Shown here: piece by piece, positions 44,788-55,315 of the stretch
How the letters are laid out: every line of letters begins with the position of its first letter
Position numbering within the stretch: the first letter of the stretch is position 1
Source of the DNA: Azolla caroliniana
Taxonomy: Eukaryota > Plantae > Polypodiophyta
NCBI GenBank assembly: GCA_043228905.1
Contig: JBHGNT010000195.1
Location: forward strand, 1 to 55,315
Length of the DNA stretch: 55,315 nt
Direction: 5' to 3'
Notes under the pieces: model-generated
Databases searched by the model: none
The model's input: the letters and a program-made list of their open reading frames with translations, nothing else
Told to the model about the DNA's origin: nothing
Translations under genes and position numbers: made by a program

Positions 44788-47700
44788 TCAATTTGCTGTT
44801 GGTTTTTGCTGTTGCTTATGCCAATGGACGACATCAATGTAAGGCAAGTGACCCCCAAAAATGTCTAATGCACTTCCCACTGTAACATTTACAGCGCCAG
44901 CTCCAGCAACGCAGATCAGTTCAAGGTCAGAAATACTCGTTACACCCCCTGCATATGTCACGGGTATCTGTAACAAGACCAAAATTTCAACGATTATCAG
45001 AAACCTTGAAATTTATCGCGAAAAAGAAATGTTATCTTTGCTTACAGGTGACCATTTTCCAAGAAGAGACACCAGCTCTTCGTCCACACCAAGTCTGTTG
45101 AATGATTCATTCCAGCATCAAGAAGTAAAATAAATGTCAAGCTATAGATAGATTTGGTGATTAGTCCCTTACTGTTTGCCTTCTACATCAACTCCATGAA
45201 CAAGAAACTCGTCAGCATATTCGGAAAGACTTTCCAGTGCAGATTCTGATAAAATAAAATCGGTAAACCTTTGCCAACGATGAGTGACAACCACATAACT
45301 GCCACCCTGCACCTGGAACACCCATCATTAAACACCAGTGGTATGTTTTCAATCCAATGTCAACATAAGCATGTGTACAAACAAATGTAATATTAAATAA
45401 TCTAACCACAATGACCACACATGCTTTATTAATAGCTACATTAGTTCAGATTACAAAGGTAAACTAAAAAAGGCTGGGATTAAAAAGTATAAAATCCAAC
45501 ACCTATAACTTATTTTGTTGCATACAATGCACTGGTTGAGCTTCAATATTTTACATAAAACATTGCTTTACATCAATATCGGTAGTGATGTTTATAAAAG
45601 TTGATGCTTTCAACAATATAGCATTGGTAGGAGAATGTTCTGAGTTGGCCAATCATTACTTGTACAATGTGAGGGATGTGCACGAATAGAGACCAAAAAT
45701 CTTATTAAATATTCATATGCTAGTATGCAGTAGATCTAACAAAAAACGGTTTTCAACAGAATGCCCAATTATAATATCTGGTTTACAGCATAATCCATAA
45801 TATTCGAGCTTGAACAATAAGCACTAATGGATTATTGTAACATGTAAAGATGCTAGTTAAGAGCTACCACATCTCTTGCAAAAGCATTTACCAAAGGAAT
45901 AGAAACCAAATATTCCAACCTACAAGGGCCTTCACAAACTATGCTATATCTCATCTGAATTCATCATGCTTATATTGTTAACCACTTTGATGTAACATGA
46001 ACCATCAAATTTCACATGCGATGGTAGATCTTAATGGAAGGTAGTTTCAAGAATTAAATAAAACTTACTTTTCTTCTGCAACTAAGGTCGACTACAACCC
46101 TGTTTTTTCCAACAGCTTGTACAAGTTCCTTCAGCTTTCCCATGTCCAATGTTCCATCACTAAATATATACTGCATACAATGACAAAAGTTTTTCCTTTC
46201 AGACGCTTCAAAAGTATAATATGAAGAAACTAATTTTGTACTTTTGCTCTTGTCTCATCATTTCATTCTTTGAAAGTAATTATCACTTTATTCAAATTTT
46301 TCTTGACAGTAGCAAGAAAAATAATGAGCAAACGTGGGCTAAGGACTCTAACATAGATTGATTTTTGTAAGGTAAAGAGCACTTGTCATGGGATGCTAAC
46401 TTCAACAAAGCGTCTTTCATCTGCATCTCCGGCACTGCTGTACCATGTTTCTCAAGGCCTATGTGTTTGGAAGATTATCCTTTGCACTTGTCATGGGATG
46501 CTAACTCCAACAAAGGTTCTTTGATCTGCATCTCCAGCACTGCTGTACCATGTTTCTCAAGGCATATGTGTTGGGAAGATAAAGTTTTGTACTGTGTAGA
46601 ATTTGAGAATTCGCTTGAAGGATACCGATTTCAATCCTGAGCTTGAGCTCTCTGATCACCGAGATCAAAAGTACATCCAATAGAACTACTGCATCCCGTT
46701 AAATACTAAAAACTTTATTGAGCTTTAGCAGAAAACAGAAATAAGAGAAGCCAAGGATATATAAAAGCTAAAAACTTCATGTCACAAAAGAGCATTGCAG
46801 GGGAGCTCTTCTCTCAATAATAAAAAACTCTTCTTCACTTCAACAACAAACTTTTCTAGACCACTTTGATCTTTATATGCCAAAAATCATTTACAGAGAC
46901 AAAACTTTGCAAAGGTTCAGCATGAGTATGGAAGCATACAGAAGTGACTATAACATGGCTTGCACCAGCATCAAGGTACTCTTTTGCATTGCTTGGAGTC
47001 ACACCACCCCCTAATTGCAATCCTCCTGCAATATCAAACCATTAACAATTAATAGTTTCTCACTCTCGCATCTGTCATAGAAGATTGGAAGTATATCAAT
47101 GTGTTCCCAGGAGAAACTAGTATGATATAATAATCACTGATTTTATTTTGTAAGAATCATACACATTTTCCAAATGCCTAAAGTCACAATATTTATACCA
47201 TCCAACGTCATTGCAATGACGAAGCTTTTTGTGCAATTGCTATAATTTTTAGAGAACAGCAGAACTAGTAACATTTTCGACCACTATGCCGGTGTCAATA
47301 GATGTATTACGTGTGTATAATTTGTGGTGTAAGCACTAAGAGTTGGCAACGGCTCCGCTCAAGCCTGAAGCAAACCATTGAACCGGTTTAGACAGTTTAG
47401 CGGTTTGGTTTGGTCCAGGCTGGAGCCTCCATAACCGGTTTGATCTTGGTTTGGCAAGGCTCAAGCCAAACTGAACCGTTTACAGCCAAACAGGTTTGTA
47501 AACCGGTTAAGGCTTAAACAGTTTTTGGCCAAACCGTTGTAGTGTTAACCGGTCTACAAACCAATTCCGTTCAACCTTGAAAACTCTCAAACCGGTTTAG
47601 GCTAACCGGTTCGGTTTGAACAAGGCCAAACTGGTTAAGCCGAAACCAAACTGTTCCTGATTCCTAGCGTGCATCCTTCAATGGAATCTATCTTACCAGC

Positions 47701-49458
47701 TATCTTGATCATACAATATTTGTACAGCCCTGCAAACTATAAGCTTCAGAAAATGCAGACATGATTGCCAGGGTGATATGATTTAAAGTTGCCAAATTTT
47801 GACAGGTCAGTTACAGTCAAGTTACATATGGGACACAGGAGACTTGTTTTTCAAAGGAGCACAATGTAAATCAAGAGATATACTGATAGTGGTTTCCCCA
47901 CCAAGCGTTGTTTGGATCTAACTTGACTTGTTATAGAGGTAACAAAACCTTGAAAACTCAGTCCAAGTGCTATTGAACTTGACAAACATACTAATCACAC
48001 CGATTCCTTGCATTGACATCAATAAACAAAAGCATGCGCATAGAGCTTCAATCATGTATGGATGCACTAATAGAGACCAGGTCTACAAAGTGAAAACAGG
48101 TAATTACTTCCATTTACCACTCAGAGGAGGATGTTAAGAAACAAATCATCTCATTAATGTCAAGCAGTGGGATATGTTGTTGATGGCACATATCTACAAT
48201 CCACCAATGTAGAAACGTGTTCATATGTTCAGCATTTCGACTAGACTGCGTAAACCAGTCCGTCTACTGTTTCTCTGAGAGGCAGGTATCTATATAAAGA
48301 GAAAAGTCAAGGAGGTGGGCCTCAACAAGTAAGATTGTTTGTGTATATAGCTATGTAACAATACTCTTAGACATGTATGGAAGTAGTTGGTCAGAATAGG
48401 GCACATCCCAAAGCCAAAAGTTGGTCCTGTCAACGTATCCCTCACAACCAAATCAATGGACTTTGAAATAAAAAAGCATCACTTTACAGTAGAGTTTCTT
48501 GACTACATTTAGCTATGTAAAGATACTCTTAGACATGTATGGAAGTAGTTGGTCAGAATAGAGCACATCCTAAAGCTGAAAGTTGGTCCTGTCAATGTAT
48601 CCCGCACATCCAAATCAATGGACTTTGAAATAAAAAAACATCACTTTACAGTAGAGTTTCTTGACTACATTTAGCTATGTAAAGATACTCTTAGACATGT
48701 ATGGAAGTAGTTGGTCAGAATAGGGCACATCCCAAAGCTGAAAGTTGGTCCTGTCAATGTATCCCTCACAACTGAATCAATGGACTTTGAATTAAAAAAC
48801 ATCACTTTACAGTAGAGTTTCTTGACTGCATTTACTCATGAAAAACAAACTTCCACCCAGATATTGTGGACCATGGATTGTTTTTTTACAAGAGATATGT
48901 AGCACGGAGCCAAATAATGCATGTTAAAACTTGCCTGGAAATGCTTGCAATGCTTGCAATGCCGATTTCTTACTTGCCTCATCGGATCCCAGCATTATGA
49001 CATGGCCACCAAATAGTCCATCCTTTGCATAAAGTCGAGCAAACTCGGCCGCTGATTTCTCTGTCTCAAAGTTGGTCACAAGAGTAGTTCTATGGTCAGA
49101 AAGAGTGGATCCAACAATCTGCTTTACCTTACCCTGAAGGGGTCGAACAAAGTTTAGAACGCTGAGAGAATGAATCACTCAGAAATCAAAACGATGGGAA
49201 AACCAGGATAGATTTAGCTTACCTGGTGTATGTCGATACAGGGTCTGAATTGGACAAGTTTAGGAATGACCTGTGTTGCTGCGAAAATGTTTCAATCAAT
49301 CGTTTCAGGGAAATGCTCAGTGCTCGTGCCATCAACATCCTTAGGAACAGGGCTCAGGATATACCAGTTATAGAGGTGTCCGACGCAGACGCAGACGCAG
49401 ACGCAGAGACTGGATCCCGATGAAGAGAGAATGATGAGTGAATGAGCTCCATTCTCAT
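44788..49458 (-). CDS. HISN3: ProFAR isomerase (His6/HISN3, plastid histidine biosynthesis), about 299 aa, 8 exons
   Basis: Exons 49458-49365, 49278-49223, 49133-48935, 47025-46940, 46170-46069, 45306-45173, 45094-45046 and 44967-44788 join in frame (900 nt). Motifs: [80 protein letters not shown]. The N-terminus is Ser/Ala-rich, like a transit peptide. Confidence 0.95.
46379..46580. repeat. Intronic direct repeat, 2 x ~105 bp
   Basis: GCACTTGTCATGGGATGCTAACT...CTCAAGGC occurs at 46379 and 46484. Confidence 0.9.
47337..47666. mobile_element. Probable non-autonomous DNA transposon (hAT-like MITE), old
   Basis: 330 bp dense in AACCG/CGGTT/AAACC motifs in both orientations. The ends TAAGAGTTGGCAACGG and CTGTTCCTGATTCCTA form an imperfect inverted repeat (10/16). 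No clean TSD. Confidence 0.55.
48348..48832. repeat. Intronic tandem repeat, 3 x 162 bp
   Basis: ATACTCTTAGACATGTATGGAAGTAGTTGGTCAGAATAG occurs at 48361, 48523 and 48685. Confidence 0.95.
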
Positions 49459-52400
49459 GGCCGGGATTTGATGAGACCGCTAGTTTAACAGTTGTTCAGA
49501 CTTCAGGGTTCTCAAGAATCCCTAAGTATTTATATGCAGTGAAGTAGTAGCCCATACATATGTACATAGTTCAATCTCCCAATTGATGGCCAACGTTTGT
49601 CAACCACCTTCTAGCGTCACGTCAATTAACGATATGTGATCCTTCCTAAATTCAAGTCAACTTGAAACGTGTAGCAAAGAAAGTCATTGTTATTGAATTG
49701 CCGACATTGTGGAATGGTTGGAGCTCAACAATGTAATCCAATTAGTGTTTATGCAATATGGCATGAAATGAGGTTGCTCCTCTATGTTCTTCATCTTTGA
49801 ATTGAAGAGCCATGTCATCCCAATGGCACTTCCATGTTTGTCCCTAGGTAAGAAAGAAGCGATTTTTCTTTGCATGCCTCTTTTCAAGCAATCTACTCCA
49901 CTTATGTTGTTGACCGCCATGGTACGACGACTCTTGCATAGTCAAAGACATGTCCCTTAGTCGATTTTCTAATGTTTGCATCCTCAGTATTGTCAGAGTC
50001 CAAATATTTTACTGTCTCCAATGCTCAAATCATGGTTCCATGTACCTCTTGAGTAAAGCATGATTCGCTTCACCACTTCCTCGTACTTCTTGCAAGGATC
50101 TTACATGAACTATTCACCAATCCCTTTGCATATTCAATGCTTGGCCTCACACCCGCCATGACAAACATCAAGTTGGCAATAATGGACGAGTAATGAGCAT
50201 TCAACGTCTATTCATTAGTGGCATTGAACTTTAGACAATCCTTCTCACTCGTCGAGTTAGTCAATATTAATGGTATATATCAGTAGAAGGTGAACACATT
50301 GAATGCATGACCTTGATTTATATATTTTTTACATTTAAGTGCTTTTGTCTATGCTCCTTATCACAACATAGGGACAAAAGACCCTTTTATAGGTTTTACA
50401 TCTTCTATCTCTCCTGTTACATAGTTTTCTCATGCCAATGCCAACGTTCTTGTTGGTAAAGGACATGTAATGAAGCACACAACATGTATTTAATAGCCCC
50501 CTTTACCTAATGAGCATGTGATCGTGGATGCACTACTTCACGCAACATTTTGACGTGTGGTGTAGTCAAGGGATAGTCAAGAGTGGATGAGATTATTATA
50601 GTCAGAGGACATTTGACGTTAAGTTTGTCATTAATTTACCTTTTTATTGGTTCATGGTTAACACCCTATAAAATGTAATATGGGAAAAAGACGTTGTAAA
50701 CGGCTCATAATCATGTCAATGGAGTGAACTCAACGGACTATCAATAAAGAATGTGCTTGTGCAAAAAACTTAACCTATTTTAATACATCCACTAAAATAC
50801 TTAATTAACACAATAAGTTTATGATGACAACCACCTTTATGAATTAATCATTAGAGAGAAACCATGTTAGTACATTTAACGCAAACACTTACGATAGAAG
50901 CTCAAAGTTTGAATTATGACTAATGATGAGCATCAAAGCTTTGTGCGAGAGAGGTTTGGGGTAAGCTTTAAAGTAACTCAGACTAACAACAAGCAAATGT
51001 TTCTTGTGCATTGTTTGAGACGGATATAATTTTCATTGTTCCATACAATGTCCAATAGCTTGTCAATTTTGGAGTTACATTTCTCAGATTTGGCAAGTTT
51101 TCTTACACTCTTACTCGGTGCTAAGACATTGGGTGTTTGCACAATACATATAGGTCACTTGAAATTACAAATGAAGATTGTTTTCCTATTTCTGGGATAA
51201 TGGGGATTGCGTCATAATTGGGATATGAGCAATGATTTTGTATTAGATGATAGGCCTGGAGTCGAAGCATGAGCCATTGCCGACTCTTGCAGATATCCAA
51301 TGGAAACCATGAAGTCATGGGTTCAACACCTGCATTTCATAATGGCATCTAGTAAATTAAGATGGTGAGAAATTTGGGTCTTGAACCCACAACTTAGGGC
51401 TACAGTAAGCCAATTACAATAAGGGGGGGGGATGATGGAAGATAGTGAGAATGGAAAAGAGAAAATGAACAATTACACCCAATCACTTGATAGTAGAGTT
51501 TGACGAATCATGGTTACATCTCCCTACTACCTATTGGAGAGATTAGACTTGATTAGACATATTTACCAAGGGAGAGAAAACACACAATGTGTTTACACTA
51601 CTTACGACTCACAATCCCAATAACACCAGAGGAGTTTCTTTTAGTTTTCTAACCAGTGGTCAATGTGAATTTATTTATCATTGTTAAAATTTTCATACTC
51701 TTGTGTTTCTCATACAATGACTTTTATACATGTTTTTGATGATGTCACAACTCATTGTTCAACGTTAAATGCAGAAATGTTTGTTTATAGGTGGACAATC
51801 ATCACCATCTTATTCAAGTACCAAACTTATTAAGGGATATTTATTATTCCCATGTCACACCTTGTTTACAATACATGGCATTTCAATTGTGTGCCCCCAC
51901 CTATCTAATGACCAATAAACTCGGGTACAACAATATCGGTCTGGGAGCATAATTCTTCATTTCATCGTCTATCTCATTGATTTTCTTAGCTCTCCTATGA
52001 CCCATTGTGTCCTCTCTTATATTTCATCACGAGCTATTAGGTCAAGCCTAGGTCTTTTACCTTGTTTGACTATGTCTACTCATCCTCTCCATTATTTTGT
52101 TGACATGTTGTTTTGTGAATCCTCATCCTTTCCATCGATCTTTTGCCCGCCCTCTTAAAAAATATTCCATTCATTTGAATAACATTTAATATTCTCATTT
52201 GACAAATTTGACCTTTGGGATAATGCTTCCACGTGAGTGATATGCATAACCGGTTCTCACAAAATTGAATGTCACGTATGCACATGTGACATAGGTATAT
52301 AGCAAAAGTTTAGAATGATACAATGCCCCACCGACGCCAAGGTTTGTCATATAATTGCATTAAGAGTTGAGATTCTTTTTGTTCCCATGCAAAGACCATG

Positions 52401-53775
52401 AAAACAACAATAATCATGATTGGCAGAGAATTACCAATCTCTCGACACTTTGTCAATTGTTAATAAACTAATCCCAAACCTTGTTGTTAAGAGGAACATT
52501 ACTTTTTGATCCGTAAAGTATTAGTGTATAATTTATTTAACTACAATAAAAAATGGTTTATACTATGTGAACACGTGGCTCAGACTTGATTTTAACTAAT
52601 TTGGATACCAAAATTTACAACAAAATATCTCCCCTACATACATATGGTTGATTTTCTATGCATATACATTTACGAGAGGTTGAATCTTGCTAGTTTTATC
52701 ATATGCATCTTTTTAGGTTAGATAAAGGGCAATGCTACATAATATCAACTATTAATATTCTCCTTATTGTCGTTTATATTTATGTAGTTGTCTTCACCAT
52801 ACAAAGAAAATATATGTTAATAATGTACAAAAAGAACGTAACATAGACACACAATAATGCACACATAAATATTACATACTTTTATCTTTGGAATACGAAG
52901 ACAACAACGTAAAATGACTAAATTAATTGGTTGTGAGGTTGAGGTTTACTATACTTCCTAATCAAATTAGCCACAATTTACAATTCAACGACGATTTATC
53001 TCACCCACTTATCCATGAGTTTGGAGGCGGTATATCTTATCCCCACCCCAAGCCCATGTGAATTACAAGGATTGGAACTTGAGAAGACTATTAAATCAGG
53101 GTAGGGAGGAGTTTGAGCCAAGGTTGGAACTATATAATTGCGAAGATGGGCCTAGGTAGAACCAGTAATACAAGGGATCCAAAAAACTTTGACATGTCTC
53201 TATCCATGCGGTAAACTTAGGAACAATTGTGTGGGCTTCATAGTTGTTAAACCATCAATGATCCCTTAACTAGCAAATATTGCAAAAGTTGGGATCATGA
53301 AATATCATTGGTCAACCACATAACAATGAAACAATTCTTGGCCCTTGCACACATTGTTTAAAGTAACAGTTGGTGAGTCCGCAATGCCCGGAGTGGTTAG
53401 GCCAACTACAAGGAGAGGGATGCCTAAAGTGCTTGTGGGGTATCCTTTGCTCTTTACCAAGTAGAGCTAGCGATTGGAGTGAAGTTATAACAAGGTTGCC
53501 ATACTTGAAGCATTGAGGTTTAGCTAATCGGTTCTTGTTCAATTCAAAAAAGTAGAAATATGGTAGAGAGATCGAGAAGCATGAGGGCCATTGCTTTGTT
53601 GTCCGGACAGGTGTGAAATTTGGCCAATACACTAAATTGTATTAGGGTTGCATGTGAAAGGGGGCGGCAACAGCCCCCCTTCCTCCTCAGTTCTCACCAA
53701 AATAAATAAAATATGTATGTATGTATATTCCTTGTTTTACACCCACTACGTTTCCTATTCTTCTCGCTCTCTCCT

Positions 53776-53837
<62 letters not shown>

Positions 53838-53990
53838 ATGTATTTATTTATACGCACCACAAGAGTTTTCTCCATCCTCCCTCTCAGTCACTGTTTGTTT
53901 CTGCCCTAGGGTTTCTGTCTGTCACACACACACATACACATACACACACGCACACACACACACACACACACACACTCTCTCTCTCTCTCA
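53776..53990. repeat. Compound (CT)n(CA)n and (CA)n(CT)n microsatellites upstream of the HDT gene
   Basis: Directly visible at ~53776-53836 and ~53923-53990. Confidence 0.95.
53907..53914 (-). promoter_or_regulatory. Telo-box (AAACCCTA)
   Basis: TAGGGTTT about 205 bp upstream of the HDT ATG. Telo-boxes are common near plant ribosome-biogenesis and nucleolar genes. Confidence 0.5.
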
Positions 53991-54118
53991 CTCTCCCTTT
54001 CTATTTATTTACACACACCCCGGCAGTGTTCTCGACTCTCCTTCCTTGCCCTTTCATAACCCTCGCTGTTTCTGCGGTACGGTTTATTCTCGTCTCCTAG
54101 CACACCTGCTAGCAAGCC

Positions 54119-55315
54119 ATGGAGTTTTGGGGTAATTCTCGTATTTCTCTTCTTCAAATAATCGCTCTTTCATATCTGTGCGCATGCCCATCCATGCCTG
54201 TGTTTTGCGCTCTGTCCTTGGATTTTGTTGTACCAGAATCGCTCTTTCATGTCTCCTACTTGTGGCGTTGTCGAATCTCGGACTTTTTGTTACGGCCTTT
54301 TCTTGTCTCCATGCTTCTCTGATGTTTGGCGTTACGAGGATTAAGTTTTGACTTTTAGCTCTCGTTGTTTGCTTCAGGTCTCGAGGTTCCTAGCGGCAAG
54401 CCTGTCACTTGTTCTCCCGGTGAAATCTCTTACATACACGTCTCTCAGGTATGTTGTTTCTTCTTACGTCTGTATCGCTGGAACATAGACAGAATACTGA
54501 GGTCATGACCTCACCAGTCTTTGATTCTCATACCATCGAGGTCATGTCTATTTCTTTTAACGTCGGGACTACCGTGGTCATGTCATGTGCTGTTATTAAT
54601 TTGTCATGCTACTGAGTTCATGCTACCGTGTTGATTCTCTGAGAACTGAGAAGTTTTCCTATTATCTGTTAGGCTGCTCTGGGTGAGAACAAAACCGGGA
54701 AAGGGAACGAACGCGTTGTGCTGAAGATCAAGGTCGATGGGAAAGAATATGTCCTAGGGACCCTCTCTCAAGGGAAGCTGGACCAGACTGCTCTAGATCT
54801 CATTGTCGAGAAAGAGTTTACAGTTTCGCATACTGGTGCTAGCAGTGTATACTTGACGGGATATAAAACGGATGCCCATGAACACGATGATGAATATCCT
54901 TTTTTACTGTTAATATATTTAATGACAACGTGTTCAAAGCTTTTTATTTTACTTTAGTTGTCCTTGACCATACCTTCTCGTGAACTGAGCTATCCGATGA
55001 GGAGGGTTTATCTGGTAAGAATCTATCTTCATCATTTGTATACGCATAATTGTGAATGATTCTTAACTCTCACAGTGAATGCAGACTCCGAAGAGGATGA
55101 CTTAATGGCTCCTATTTTATCTGGAAAGGAGAATGGTACAATGAATTCTTTGTATTTTGTATGGCTTTAAATCTGTGGTTATTGATGACTTTTACGGTTC
55201 TTTTGCATTGAGTAGGCAAGCCCAAAGTTGGTAAGGCTGATGTTGTAGCAAACAAAGAATCAGGAAAAGTTGGCCAGAAAACAGAAACGCCTGCTGTTAC
55301 TGTCGAAAAGACAGT
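54119..55315 (+). CDS. HDT: Plant-specific HD2/HD-tuin (nucleoplasmin-fold) protein, 5' part, truncated by the window end
   Basis: Exons 54119-54131, 54378-54448, 54673-54893, 54986-55014, 55085(or 55076)-55135 and 55216-end give MEFWGLEVPSGKP...IHVSQAALG...LGTLS...LDLIVEKEFTVSH...VYLTGY, an acidic tract and ENGKP. The MEFWG start is the HD2 signature. Confidence 0.93.
54894..54985 (+). other. U12-type AT-AC intron
   Basis: 5' site ATATCCTTTT, branch site TCCTTGAC (54961-54968) and 3' AC at 54984-54985. Splicing here restores the frame (...DDD ELSDEEGLS). Confidence 0.9.

Noticed and set aside
51290-51400. B-box-like motifs, including a 13-mer AAGTCATGGGTTC (51312-51324) shared with the LTR cassette
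   Set aside because: No properly spaced A box and no further similarity. It may be a decayed SINE but cannot be supported from this window.
53648-54135. ORFs with HT/SL/CV/RE runs
   Set aside because: Translations of (CA)n and (CT)n microsatellites.
54498-54513. Perfect 16-bp palindrome TGAGGTCATGACCTCA in HDT intron 2, resembling an animal nuclear-receptor element
   Set aside because: Plants lack nuclear receptors. It lies among short local GGTCATG repeats and has no other support.

Overview
Land-plant nuclear DNA, probably from a seed-free plant such as a fern or lycophyte. That is an inference from a MORN2-like gene, a PLS-class PPR gene and a Tcn1/sushi-like chromovirus. The left 26.7 kb is an AT-rich satellite of 178-bp monomers that runs off the left edge of the window. 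It contains an orientation switch and an almost perfect 11,469-bp tandem duplication (1539-12926 = 13008-24395). The junction of that duplication is filled with 81 bp stitched from two pieces of the neighbouring retrotransposon. An intact Ty3/gypsy chromovirus (26742-32698, minus strand, 575-bp LTRs identical by eye, ATCAA TSD) sits at the array edge, inside an older ~190-bp variant of the satellite. It has a Tf1-type self-priming PBS, a G_UUA_AAC -1 frameshift signal with a stem-loop/pseudoknot, and a duplicated 144-bp U3 cassette built like a tRNA gene (TATA, A box, B box) on the antisense strand. Genes start about 1.2 kb from the array: a MORN2-like gene (+), a PLS-E PPR gene (-), HISN3 (-, one GC-AG intron) and an HD2/HDT gene (+, one U12 AT-AC intron, truncated by the window). 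All calls were made by reading the sequence; no searches were run.
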